Shown here: positions 13,930 to 26,970 of the stretch, piece by piece
Position numbering within the stretch: position 1 is the stretch's first letter
Layout: every line of letters starts with the position of its first letter
Source: Octopus sinensis
Lineage: Eukaryota
Assembly: GCF_006345805.1 (NCBI RefSeq)
Contig: NC_043000.1
Span: forward strand, 100,998,001-101,062,000
Direction of reading: 5' to 3'
DNA: 64,000 bases
Program-made: the position numbers and the translations under genes
The notes under the pieces: model-generated
Database searches by the model: none
What the model was told of the DNA's origin: nothing
Seen by the model: only the letters and a program-made list of their open reading frames with translations

Positions 13930-15100
13930 TTACCAATATTAGATTCCGTAAGTACCATACCACTTTTCCAAATAAAATGAGATCTGATAAAAACTTTAGA
14001 AGTTCTAAAAAGAAGTTCGTATTTTCTGATAAGACCAACAACAAGTATAAAGTTACTAATGATTTAATATGATAAGCTGTTAAATGACACCATTTCCACT
14101 AAATATAAGAAAACTAACATAGAGAGATACAACAATATTAATGATGAGGCTAAATTCCTTGCTAAACAGTAAAATCGACAATAGATTAGAATTCTTAGCT
14201 AAAAGAGAAGCCTTTATTACTTTAAACGACTATCAGCCTAATTTTCATAATAAACATATTTGTAGATTGTTAAACCCAGTGAGGTCTGAAATTGGGCTAT
14301 AAGCTAGAAAAAAAAATACTAAGAAACATTAATAATAAAATTAGAGAGACCACTAGACTTCAACAATGACATATTAGCTTTACTGTAATAGATTGGTTCA
14401 AGAACATTAATAATAAGAATATGGCTAGATTCACCCAGTTTGATATATTTAGCTCACTGCCATTGAGTTTGCTAAATCACGTTGATATAGACCCTATAGG
14501 CCTAGACTTTATCAGGCATGCAAGGAAATCACTACCGTTTAGTAAGAGCTAAGCATGGGTAAAAAAAGGTTAGATAATGAATTATTCAATGTATTTATGG
14601 GGTTATATGACAGTGCTAACATCTGCGACCTAGTTGGTCTCTTTGTAAATACATTGAGATCTAAGTACCCATCTCTTGATGCTGGTCTATACCGAGATGA
14701 CAGTTTGGGTATTTCTCAAGGCTGTAATGGCCACACCCTTGATAAATTTTGCAAACAACTTACTTCAGTCATTTAGGCCTTAAAACCACGGTAGCTACTA
14801 ACCTGTCTAAAGTTGATTTTTCAGATGTTCCCCTCGAGTTGAACTCCCCATAAACTTTACCATAAGCCAAATGAGAAACTTTCCTATATGCATAAACAGT
14901 CTTGTCACCTTCCTGCAATATTTAAAAACTTGATAGCTAATATCAACAACAGAGTTTCTAACTTCTCTTCCTCTAAAGAAATTTTCAAGAAGACAGTCCC
15001 CTACAACAATAATCCCCTAGCCAATAGTCACTTGAAAGATAAATTAATCTATGACTACTCTAATATTAATCAGAATAATAATAATAGACCTAGGAATGTT
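13930..15100 (+). mobile_element. Decayed Penelope-like element of a different lineage (RT fragment)
   Basis: FVFSDKTNN, FTQFDI, FNVFMGLYDSANICDLVG, GLYRDD, YHKPNE..YMHKQS.H.PAI motifs spread over several frames with stops. Confidence 0.75.
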
Positions 15101-15293
15101 TCTTTATCACACAGCACATATACATGAAGGGAAAATCATGAATATACAGACTATATGCATGTAGATGTAGGTGTGGATGTGCGGTAAGATTTTTTCTTAA
15201 GACCATAACAAATACTGGAAATCATCCAATCTGCTGATGTTCTTACAGTTCTGCCAAATCCATATCATGAATTGGTACCTTTTTTGGCTAGAT

Positions 15294-15722
15294 GCAGGTG
15301 TGGTTTTTGTGGTTAGAAGTTTGCTTCCAAACCTCATGGTTCTGGGTTCAGTCCCTCTTCATGACACCTTGAGCAGCTTCCTTCAACTATAGCCTCAGCC
15401 CAACCAAAGTCATGTGAATGGATTTGATAGACAGAAACCGAAAAAGCCCATTGTGCACGTGTGTGTGTGTGTGTGTGTGTGTGCACGCATATGTTTGTGT
15501 GTGAGTTTTTTCTGAAGATTTCTCTGACCACCACTTGACAACTGTTATTGTTGTGTTTATGTCCCCATAACTTAGTGGTTCAGCAAAAGAGACTGATAGA
15601 ACAAGTACCAGGCTTAACAAGGAAATAAAAATAAGTATTGGTAGTGGTAGTGATGGAGCTGATTCATTTGAGTAAAGATTCTTCAAGGGCATGCTAATGA
15701 TTAAAACAGGTAACAGATAAGG
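15294..15722 (+). mobile_element. SINE family A (older)
   Basis: Diverged match to the family. Confidence 0.8.
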
Positions 15723-16047
15723 GATAAGTATGGAATCATATAAAGAACAAAAGAAAAAGACTAAAAGAAATTAAACAAAGTCAAATATTTGTTTGATACT
15801 GATATCAAAATTGTTCACATAATTGAACATAATCTTGCTGTGAGAGCTACAGTTCTCATACAATTCATTCATAAATGAAGTGAAAGTAGATGGAATTTTA
15901 ATTTAGACTACATGTGTCCCAGTTGTTCCATCAATGGAACTATGTACACATTGAATTCTTGTATAAGCACTGGTTAGTAATCCACTGACACAGTTAACCT
16001 AATTGTCAGGTACAATTGGCATGAGATTATGTGAGGCAAGGTCGTAC

Positions 16048-16097
<50 letters not shown>

Positions 16098-16143
16098 AAA
16101 AAATGAAGTTCGAAAATGCTGCTGTATTATACAATTTTTAATT

Positions 16144-16210
16144 TTTATATATACATTATAACATGTTTCAGTTCCTGAAATGAACCTTATCAAAAAAAGT
16201 TATATATAAA
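16144..16210 (-). ncRNA. Type I hammerhead ribozyme motif (U3-A8 variant) at the PLE 3' end
   Basis: Minus strand: TTGATAA-GGTTC-atttcag-GAACT-GAAA-CATG-TT, closed by an AT-rich stem I (tttatatata/tatatataaa). Confidence 0.7.
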
Positions 16211-16574
16211 AAGAGACAGCTCATGCCGTCAAACACAAGAAATTCATTTATAATACACAACGGAGTCAGACATCTTAGAGTTCATGTATAGTTGATATAT
16301 AGTTCATGTATAGTTGATATATAGTTTGAAGTATATGTTCAAAGTGTTTGATGCAGTGGCCCACGGTGGTGATACGTATTCAATACAAAAAACAGATCAA
16401 AGTGGTGGAAAGCGGTCAATACAGAAGATTGATGTTTCCGAAAGAGCGAGGAATTCATTTCTACCTTAAGCAATTGTGATGACCCATGGTGGAAGTTCGC
16501 TGCGTGGTTCTAGTGATTTTTTGTGAAATGCTCGGTTTTATAATGCCTGTTAGGTGGTCAATCTAGCGTAGCAT

Positions 16575-16907
16575 GACGTCATCAATGTTTTGACCAATCG
16601 TTTCGTTAGGTGGCTTTAATCAAGTGGAACGGGACGTCATCATTATTTTGACCAATCGCTGCATTATAACTCCCTCTTGTTTGTTTCCTGTCTTGACCAG
16701 TCGCTTCGTTAGTCAAGCATAGCGGGACGTCATCCAGATTCTGCCCAATCACGACTTATAGCTACATTAGATCTGCCCCCTGTCTGTACTTGTTAGGTGA
16801 CTATTCAAGCAGAAAAGGACGTCATCAATATTCTGACTAATGACTGTCCCCTGTTTGTATCCTGTCCATTCTAGCAGAGCTAGACGTCATCAACTTGTTG
16901 ACCAATC
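16575..16907. promoter_or_regulatory. Five copies of GACGTCATC-N7-TG(A/C)C(C/T)AAT (CRE-like + CCAAT) in the PLE 3' UTR/pLTR
   Basis: Copies start at 16575, 16633, 16726, 16818 and 16883, all with a 7-nt spacer of variable sequence. Confidence 0.6.
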
Positions 16908-17098
16908 AGAATCGGGTCTGACCCTTAGCTGTATCGTATGTATCAGGGTCAGATTTGCACGAAAGAATTTTTTCCCTTTTTTTACTAAGGCATATTTCCG
17001 TCAGAATGAGTGTCTGTTTGAAGTAGCGGCCGTGGTGAAATTTGGTTCTCCTTTTCGGAGGACTTATCTTTTGTTTTAGTATTCCTGGCCCAGGGTGT

Positions 17099-19228
17099 TT
17101 AAACTTGGTCTAAATTTTTTATGAAATATAGTTCTTTATTTTGGCGTTGTGTGAAGGTTGCGTTGTCACTGAATTTATAGAGCAGGTTAGTTGTAAATTT
17201 CGGATTTACATTTCCAGCACATCTATCTATGTGTCCGCTGACCGGTATTTTGCGGTAATCAGGGTTTCTAATTTGTGATTTATGCACCGCCATCCTGTTA
17301 CGTAAGCTATTTTTTGTATGGCCTATATACTGCCTATTGCAGCCTGCGCATGTTATGACGTAAATTAAGTTTTCTGATGCGCAGGTGAAGTTTGTTCTAA
17401 TGGTGAACTGGTGGCCTTGTTCCAGTATAAATTCTGATCCTTCTTTCAAGATGACACAGATTCCGCAGTTGGGCCTTCCACATTTTCTAACTGCTGGTTT
17501 TGTGGTTGATGTTGAGTGCAGTGTAGCTTGGGTTAAAATCCTTTTCAAGGATTTTGGTTGCCGTTTACTTTTAATGATGGTGTGTGTTTCGAGGATCCGG
17601 TTCATCTTTGGGTCTCCCTTTAGTAGGCTGTGCTTTGTAGTATGGTGTTGAAGGCCTCATTGTTGAGTGGGTTGTGTGTAGAGATGTAGGGAAGGGTTTT
17701 TAATTGTTCTTTCTTTTTTGGTTTTGTTTGTCTCAGGTCTTCTATACTTAATTTAAGTACCCGTTGGATTGCACTGTCTATTAGGGGCTGTGGATAGTTT
17801 CTATTTGTGAGTGTGGTTCTAAGTTCCTGGAGACGTGTGTGTCGGGTGTTTGTGTCTGATATTATGGTGCAAATCCTTCTAGCTAAACAAAAAGGGACAT
17901 TCATTCTAGTGTGTCGTGGGTGGCATGAATCAAAGGGTAGGTACTGTGAGAGTCTGTCGGTTTATAGTAGATATCTGTCTCTATTTTGTTGCCGGTTATC
18001 TTAATGAGGATGTCTAAAAATGGTAATTCTTTTTCGTTGTGGTCCATCGTGAATTGTATATTGTCATTTATTCCATTTAATAGAATTTTAAATTCCTCAA
18101 GTTTCTCTATGCCTTTGTCCCAGATGATGAAACAGTCATCGAGGTATCTTTTCCAGTTGTTATGGATATAGGTGGCGAAGGTGTTTCCATATTTCTCGAG
18201 TGTCATCCGGTATAGTATTTTCTCGAGGTATCCCATCACTAGGTTGGCAAAAGATGGTGCAGTACGCGTGCCCATCGCTATTCCCGATCTTTGCCTGTAG
18301 AAATCATTGTCAAAAATAAAATAATTGTTCTCTAAAATGAATCTAAGTCCTTCTATTATAAGGTCTTTGTTTATGCGAGTTGGGAGTTCAAAGGGGTAGT
18401 TATTCAGCCAGAAGGTGATTGCTTCTATTCCTAGGTTGTGAGGGATGTTAGAATAAAGATTAACTACGTCGAATGATACTAGAAGGGTTTGCTCATTGAC
18501 TGTTTTAGGGAGGTGGTTGAGCATATCTATATCGTCTCTTACGTAGCTTTTGATGTGTTTTAGGAAAGGTTTTAGAAGTGTGTCTAAGAAATTGCTGAGG
18601 CGGTGAGTTTCACATGCTGGCCCTGCTATTATCGGTCTTAGTTTAAGATCATTTAGTGAAGGGATTTTGATGAGTGTGTCGGTGGATGTTTTGCACGTTT
18701 CTCTAATGGTTTGGCTTTTGTGTACCTTAGGGATACCATAGAACAACTCGATTTGCATTTGAAGTTAGTGATGTATTCATACTCCTTGTTCGTGAGTCCT
18801 TCTTGGTATGTGTTGATTAATGTCCTAAGGTTATGCATTATTTTTTGCTGGTTATACTGTTGGGCCCTTTCATAATACGTTTCATCTCTTAATAGGGATA
18901 GCACTAAATTTTTATAATTGTTTGTATTCATTATTACTATCGCGTTGCCCTTATCTGCCTCCTTAATTGTTATTGTTTTGTCTTCTCTTAGTTTGATGAG
19001 GTCGTTCCATTCTCTTTTGTTGAAGTTAGGGCTGTGTTTTTGTTTCTTGATGAATTGAAACGGGAAATTAGTTATGTAGTCACAATAGCGGTCTAAGGCT
19101 TTATTCTTACCTTTGGTGGGGGTGTAATTGCTCTTGTTTCTAGCTATTGAGTCCTCCTCTATTTGTTTGTCTTGAAATGCCTCGGTGAGTCTTAGTTTTC
19201 TGCAAAATTCCGAAATATCATCTTTCAT
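17099..19228 (-). pseudogene. PLE polyprotein (reverse transcriptase + GIY-YIG endonuclease) broken into four ORFs by frameshifts
   Basis: ORFs 18653-19228, 17901-18758, 17620-17904 and 17099-17605 carry successive PLE domains in the expected order. Confidence 0.9.
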
Positions 19229-19344
19229 TTCATAATATATATATTATGTACACTTATATATATATATGCTTGTGTGTGTGTGTATAGATATATATATGTA
19301 CCTGGTGAAAGCTATAGTCACATAGGAGTCAACAAGGAAAACAG

Positions 19345-19645
19345 CTTTTTTGTATGGAAGATGCATAGGTAAAATAAACAGTGAAAATGTACAGAAAATA
19401 GACTCAATCAACTACCATGGGAATAAGCTAGAGTTAGCAGATAGCTTCCATTATCTAAGTGACCAAGTTAGTAGTGGAAGTGGTTGCTCTGAGAGTATAG
19501 CTGTGAGAATAAGAATAGACTACCTCTGCTGGCAACAAAGGGCCTCTCCCTCAAAATGAAAGGCAGATTGCATGATGCCTGTGTGTGAATAGAGACCTTT
19601 GGTGATATGTGTGCTTGAGAAGACCTGTCAAGCCAAGTGAAATCC
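19345..19645 (+). mobile_element. Decayed RTE-like LINE fragment
   Basis: GRC.G..NSENVQK..KLELADSFHYLSDQVSSG.GCSES..RIRI and ATKGLSLKMKGRL match the 35.3-36.0 kb ORF. Confidence 0.8.
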
Positions 19646-19858
19646 ATTCTCAAGGCTTTGATCAGCCTGAGACTATAGTAGAAAATACTTGCTTAAGGTG
19701 CCACACTGTGGAAGTGTCACACAGTGGGACTGAACTCAGAACCATGTTGTTGGGAAGCAAGATTCTTACCACACAACCACGCCTGCGCCTGTATGTATAT
19801 GTGTGTGTGTGTATGTATATATGCATGTATGTGGGTATGTACATATGTGTATATATAT

Positions 19859-19921
<63 letters not shown>

Positions 19922-19939
19922 TACATATGTAGGGAAATT

Positions 19940-20420
19940 CTGTCATTGGGTGTTTGTGGAGTTGTTAGCTAACTCCTCCTACAACATTTTATCGATTTTG
20001 ATGAAACTTGACATGTAAGTAGCACTCATGTCTGGAAACTTCATGGCATACTCAGATTGCTGAAAAACTCGACAATAGGGCCCCTGGAAGGAATCCATAT
20101 ATATATATATCTGAACTCTGTGTATGAACACCCTCCCTGTACATAACTCCATGTCCCCCTACATGGCCTTGCTTTTGCTTTTTGAGCCCAAAAAATTAAA
20201 TTAAAATTAAATTAAATTAAATATCTAATATATTGCATTTTAACAGTCAAGGGAAATAATCAATTCGCCCAGATTTCAACAGCCAAGGGAAATAACACAT
20301 TCAATTTTCTTAATTCATTTGGTATAAATCAAATTGAGTATGCTTATTTCTTAGTATTTGAACTGTTAGAGTTATTTTTGCAGTTTATCCAGTACAACCG
20401 TTAAACAAGTAAATAGTATT
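19940..20420. mobile_element. Possible DINE-1/Helentron-like non-autonomous element remnant
   Basis: Contains cgattttgatgaaacttg and duplicated aacag.caagggaaataa blocks; family assignment is tentative. Confidence 0.3.
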
Positions 20421-20438
20421 TTCCTAAACAATAGATCC

Positions 20439-20469
<31 letters not shown>

Positions 20470-20910
20470 CTTCTTCTTCTTCTTCTTCTTCTTCTTCTTC
20501 TTCTTCCCTACCAAGAATTCACAACGACCTCAAACCCACAAAAGTAAACAAGAGAGACAGAGACAGGCAGAACTAAGAAAAATGCCACTTGTATTTGAAC
20601 ACTTTACAAATATTCTTTTAAAAAAAACTTTTCTTTTAATTTTTCCAAATGTAATTGTTTTCCATACTTACAGTTGAAAAATTCTAAATGACTGAAACCG
20701 GTACTTTAGCATTTTCTATCTTGATGTGTTTTCCATATATATATACATTAATTTGAATAATGTGAGAAAGCAAATTTCCAAATCAATCAGGTGCAGCCCT
20801 TTAGCATTACATCATGCATCTACATTTCGTGCAGTAGAGTCTCTTGATTATGATATATTTATATATATTTATCTAGAAATATACAAAATAAATGATAGAA
20901 ATTAAAGATT

Positions 20911-21154
20911 ATTCAGTTTCGGAGATTAATAGATATGTGGCTATTCTATTTCAGATTATGCAAAAAATAATATAATGAGTATATCTGAAGGTAAATTCTT
21001 GGTATTTATATGCACATCAAGAAATATTATTTCTTAATATTTCTTGATGTGCATATAGATACTAAGAGTTTACCTTCAGGTATACTCATTATGTTATTTT
21101 TCTGCATAATCTGAAATAGAATGCCCACATATTTATTAATCCCAAAAACTGAAT
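20911..21154. repeat. 244-bp near-perfect palindrome (about 119-bp arms, 5-nt loop)
   Basis: Arms 20911-21029 and 21035-21154 are reverse complements with about a dozen differences. Confidence 0.92.
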
Positions 21155-21386
21155 TATATATATATATAATATATATAAATTAGAGAAAATCCACTATTAT
21201 GTAATTCAAACAATGATAGACATAAACCATATCATATAGAAAAAATAAAATATATTATAAAACATATAACTAGAACACGAAAAGTACAAAAAAATGAATA
21301 AACAATATATAATAAGTAAAAAGACTACATACGTTTGATTTAATACTAAATTGAATTTTTCCCTGTAAGCTTGGAGTTATACTCCC

Positions 21387-21430
<44 letters not shown>

Positions 21431-23649
21431 TATTATATATATATATAAATATAAGAATTTTAATATAAGATGATGGAATGAACAGGGTTTTTTTGAATCC
21501 CTACAATTCTTTTAACACATTGGTATTAGCTGGTAATCACTGAATTTTACACATGTATATGTTATTGCCTTGATATGTTCCATCAACAGCTGTATACCTG
21601 CACATTTTCAGGTGAGTAGGGTCTGGAACACTTGCTCGATCATCTTTATTTTCACTGCTTGACATCCATGTTGTCATGGGTTGAATGGTTTAACAGGAAC
21701 TAGCAAGCCAGAGGACTGTGCTAGCCTCCATTATCTGTATTAGCATAGTTTCTCTAAGTGTATAGCATACACACTGACACACACACACATCATCATCATC
21801 ATCATCATCATCATTTGTGCATCCAATTCTTCACCATTCAACCATATGTCCACATATGCCTGCATAAGTATACACACACACCACACTGACATATATAGAT
21901 ATTTATGTAGTATAAATGCGTTTGTGTAGAAAAGGTGAGAAAAGCAAACACTGAGCAACACTAAAAGTACTTCATATAGATTTAACAAGAAATTATAGAG
22001 GAGTATTTGATATATTCCTATATTTCAGCTTCAGAACAGTTAAATTGACCATCATAATGTGATATTCATTTTATCATGCTTAATACTGATACTAGTACCG
22101 AAAATATATTAAATAGTGTTTCATTTTGCACCGCATCCATGCAAAATAGACTCATATATCTTCTGTCAAAATAGTTTAAGACAATATCTGCCTTGTTTGT
22201 TCAGATATTTGGTGCAGCGATTATATAATGGAAAGCTAATGCAAACAAGAAGATGTTGGAGGGTATCATCAAACACTTTGGAAATTGGTTACTGGCCTGT
22301 AAAACTTATTCAATAAGAAATGAGAATTGACTCTAGTTTGCTAATGTGTATTTATTTCATTTTATATTGCATTTTGTGTATAATAGCATCGTTGAATACC
22401 AGTTTCCAGTAAGCTAATCATTTTATGATGGTGAGATTCACAAGGGAGTGTCTGTGTAAATAGGGTGGAACAAATACCAAATAGTGTTTGATTAGTCAGA
22501 AGCACTGGTTTCTGGATTTTATCACCTATGTTTACATCAAAAGATACAAACACAAGCACAACACACACACACACACACACCACACACACACACACACACT
22601 GACACACACACACACTGACACACCCACACACCCACTGACACACACACACATACTGACACATACATACACACACACATGCACATACATAGACAAACACATA
22701 AGAGATACAGGCAATGTTGTGTGGCTAAGAATTAGCTTTTCAACTAAATGGTTTTGCAGTCAGTTCTATGGTGTGGTACCTTGGACAAGTGTCTTTTACT
22801 ACAGCTCCAAGCCAATCAAAGACTTGCAAGTCAATCTGCTAGGCAAAAACTTCAATATAGCCCATCAGGTATGTGTGTGTGTGGGGGGGGGGGTATGTAG
22901 TTGAAATTTATAGAAAAAAAAAAGACGAAGACAGGTGTATAAACAACAAGCAAGTTTGATGCTTAGGAAAAGGAAAAAGTCTTTTAAGTTTCTTTTATGG
23001 CGAATGATTAGAAAAAGTTTGAAAGAAAGGGAGATAATAATATGCTGGTGATCCCAAATGAAGGTGTGCTTGCAAATGTGTGTGTGTGAGAATGGTGTGT
23101 GTGTATCTGAGAACGGTGTGTGTGAATGTGTGCCTGTCTGTGAATTGGGGCTAGTGAATGTGACATGTGTGAGTGTGCGCATGTATGTGTGCATCTGTAA
23201 CATGTGTGTTTTGTGTGTGGCAGTTGAGGTGTGCTTTTTCACATAGTGTGTGTACATGTATGTGTGTATGTGTTTGTGTGAGTCTATGACCAAACAGTGT
23301 GCATGTGTACGGTGTATATATGTGGGTGTAAGTTAACTTTGTCTATGTATGTAGCACATGTTAATGTGTGCTGTGTGTGCATGTATATATAGCCTGTGCT
23401 CAGGTATTATGCGCTTGTGTGGGCATGGGAGTGTGCATGATGGTGTGTGGTGTGTGTACTGAGTTAAACAGTGAGTGTGTGTGTGGTTGTTCATGTAGTG
23501 GTGATGCTATTGAAGAAGGTGTGTGGGTGTGTGAATGATGGTAGGTGGGTATAAATATATATATTGATGACGATGGGTGTGTATATATATATATTATATA
23601 TATATATATAAATAAATATATATATATATATATATAAATATATATATAT

Positions 23650-23698
<49 letters not shown>

Positions 23699-23745
23699 TA
23701 TATATATATGTGTGTATGTATATATATATATGTATATGTATATAC

Positions 23746-23787
<42 letters not shown>

Positions 23788-23822
23788 TCACACACAAACA
23801 CAAGAGTTAAGGAATGGAGTAG

Positions 23823-23926
23823 ATAAGATCCGGCTACATATGTTTCATAGCAAGCGAACCTTGGAAGTGATAAATATCCAAGCGAGGTGTATACCACAGG
23901 CTACTTGTCAGACCAAGGATATCTTG
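23823..23926 (-). ncRNA. Decayed type I hammerhead motif (CpG-type mutations)
   Basis: Minus strand: atccttggt-CTGACAA-GTAGC...GCTAT-GAAA-CATATG-TA-gccggat. Homologous to 36321-36424. Confidence 0.65.
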
Positions 23927-24055
23927 ATTAAATGAAAGTTTATATTGTCACAAGGTGGTACATGTTAACACATGGAAGGCTCAATCAAAATGTGTGATCG
24001 AATTTTCCATGTATTAATATGTACCTCCTTACGATAATGTAATAATGTAGGAGGA

Positions 24056-24384
24056 GTGAGGGCGCATGGCTTAGTGGCTAAGGCATTCGGCTCATGATCG
24101 TAAGGTTGTGAGTTCGATTCCCGGCGACGCATTGTGTCCTCGAGCAAGACACTTTATTTCACGTTGCTCCAGTCCACTCAGCTGGCAAAAATGAGTTGTA
24201 CTTGTATTTCAAAGGGTCAGCCTTGTCACTCTCTGTGTCACGCTGATTATCCCCGAGAACTACGTTAAGGGTACACGTGTCTGTGGAATGCTCAGCCATT
24301 TGCACGTTAATTTCACGAGCAAGCTGTTCCGTTGATCGTATCAGCTGGGACCCTCGTCGTCGTAACCGGCGGAGTCTTTTTAAG
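24056..24384 (+). mobile_element. Young tRNA-derived SINE (family C) with 12-bp TSD
   Basis: A box tggcttagtgg, B box gagttcgattcc; TSD aatgtaggagga at 24044-24055 and 24385-24396. Confidence 0.9.
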
Positions 24385-25042
24385 AATGTAGGAGGAACAA
24401 TGCGATTACAGTGAAGGTATGGTTTAATAGTGTATTTTTCAACATATAGAGAAATATATTTTAGGATTAACTAAGTAAGTAGAAATAATAAATTTGCTGA
24501 GAAAGATGAAATAGGCAGCAATCCTCTCCATTACTAACCATTACTTTTTTTATCAAGTAATGATTGTTTTATTCCAGAAGTTTTTAAAACTGAAGAGAAA
24601 TTGGATGTGGCATCAACAGAAATGCAAACACTACCTCCATTTCATTCAAACAACAACAATGAAATTTAAAAATTAATGCATATTCACACACTTACACACA
24701 CACACACGTATATATATACTAATACAAATATATTAATATGATGCAATTTTTAACTATTTACTGTATTTCTTCTTATTGACCACAGATAAGGTAAAAAGTT
24801 ACAAGTGAAAGTTGCATTGCAAGCGTGTCAGGATTTCAATTTTCTCTTAGAAATGAGGGAAAGTGCTTCAGGGCAAGACAAGGAATGACATTACCTGGAT
24901 TTATAAAAAACACGATATTGCCAGCAGTGTGTGTGTGTGTGTGTTGCATGTGTGGGGGAGATATCACTTATAGCGATTTAACTGTCTATCAGTTAAACAG
25001 ACAGACAGAGAGACAGACAGATAGGCAGACAGACAGACAGAC

Positions 25043-25171
<129 letters not shown>

Positions 25172-25255
25172 CACAAGCCGGCATGCAGGTAGGTAAGTAG
25201 GTCTGTATGCATGTATGTAGGTAAGTAGGTAGATGGATGGATGGATGGATGGATG

Positions 25256-25332
<77 letters not shown>

Positions 25333-26594
25333 AAGAAAGGAAGGAGGGAGAGAGCAACTAATGACAGAAAGCAGAAAAATGGAAGAAAAGAACAAAGATA
25401 AGAAAGAAAAGAAAGAAAGTAAAAAGAAAGGAAGAAAGAAAGAAGCAGCGAAAGAAAAGAAAGAAGCAGTAAAAGAAAAGAGAGAAAGAAGCAGTGAAAG
25501 AAAAGAAGAAAAGAATAGAAGGAAGTTGTATAGCAGGATAGAAGGAAGCTAAAAGAATGAAAGAAAGAAAAAGAAAAAGAATAGGCTAAAGAAATTAAGA
25601 AAAAAAAATAACAAGAACAAAAGAAGAGAAAGAATAAAAGGAAAGTGAGTGCAAGTAGTTAGAAGAATGGCTTCTCTTCTATTTTCAATTTGGTACATGC
25701 AAAACCTTTAATTACTAAATTATTATTATTATTATTATTATCATTATTATTATTATTATTATTATTAGGTTTATCTCTTGAGCTCCCACATCACCCCAAC
25801 TTAGCTCTTCTGCCCAGTGCTGAGAATAGTATCTCCAGGTTTCTATTACCTAGAGACATTTAGCTTCTTCTCATAGCTCAATATAAACATAATCTAACTC
25901 ATCAATTGAATTTCTATTTTCCCCAATAGCTCATATATATATATATATATGTATACCTCTCTATGTGTGTGCATGTATGAGGCTATCGTCTCTCATTTAT
26001 TCTCAGCCTTTCTTCTTTCTTTCTTTCTTTCATTTCCTCCTTTTATTCTAACTGTCTGTTTCCTCTCTCTCTCCATCTCTCTTGCTCTAGTTCTTTGCCT
26101 CTCCCTCTCTTTCACTCATGTTTTGCAATATTCCAATGTTTTTCTCTCCTTTTGCCATTTCTCTCTTATTCTCTATTCTCTGTCTCCACTCTCTTTTGTC
26201 ATTTTACACCACTCTCTACTCTTTCCCATTTGTTTCATTCACTTCTTTTACACTCCAATGTAATACAGGAGCCAACAAAGGGGTGTCTATGCCTTTGATC
26301 AACCTGCAGGAAATAGTAATGAAATATCCCTCAAAATACACCATTTGCCATTCCAAAATACATTTGGTTTGGTCACAACTGAAATGTCTTTAATCACAAA
26401 TCCCAAAATAAAACTAATTTGGCTAATTAGCCAAGATACCCATACTAACCTGCTTCAGCCTCAAGCCCACATCCATGCTTTCTCCTCCCTTTGTCTATTT
26501 TACAACTTCTATTGCAACATCTTCTATAAAGCTCAAGTGAGGTTTATAATGGAATATTGGCTCCACATTTGGGATAGTACTGCTGTTACCTACA

Positions 26595-26923
26595 AAGGAT
26601 CACTCCGTCGGTTACGATGACTAGGGTCCCAGCTGATATGATCAATGGAACAGCTTGCTCATGAAATTAACGTGCAAGTGACTGAGCAATCCACAGACAC
26701 GTGTACCCCTAATGTAGTTCTCAGGGAGATTCAGCGTGACACAGAGTGTGACAAGGCCAGCCCTTTGAAATACAGATACAACTCATTTTTGCCAGCTGAG
26801 TGGACTAGAGCAACATGAAATAAAGTGTCTTGCTCAAGGACACAATGCTTCACCAGGAATTGAGCTCATGACCTTACAATCATGAGCCAAATGCCCTAAC
26901 CACTAAGCCACGTGCCTTCACTC
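26595..26923 (-). mobile_element. SINE family C copy with 9-bp TSD
   Basis: Reverse complement of 24056-24384; TSD ttacctaca at 26586-26594 and 26924-26932. Confidence 0.85.
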
Positions 26924-26970
26924 TTACCTACAGACGTCTAAAACAACACCCAGATCAGTACTGTCTAAAG

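Larger units (their letters stand above)
16095..19235 (-). mobile_element. Penelope-like retroelement (Neptune-type), 5'-truncated, frameshifted, flanked by (TA)n
   Basis: Consecutive minus-strand ORFs: IKEADKG, FYGIPKVHK, LRPII, SFDVVNLYSNIP, GIAMG, RYLDD, LPFLD, YYKPT (PLE RT); CGRPNCGIC linker; LIYVITC..C...YIG.T...L..R...H (GIY-YIG). About 1 kb of 3' UTR/pLTR follows; TA runs at both ends. Confidence 0.93.

Noticed and set aside
17099-19228. Selenoprotein (Naiad-type) PLE or programmed frameshifting
   Set aside because: GIY-YIG is C-terminal with a Neptune-type Cys linker, and the breaks are simple frameshifts rather than in-frame UGA codons.
20685-20710. GAAA-CCGG-TA resembling a hammerhead 3' half
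   Set aside because: No CUGANGA-like core upstream.
21322-21340. Minus-strand tcaaa-CGTATG-TA-gtc resembling a hammerhead 3' half
   Set aside because: GAAA is mutated and no 5' core was found.
24056-24130. tRNA gene
   Set aside because: A/B boxes are present, but it is the head of a multi-copy SINE with TSDs and lacks a proper acceptor stem.
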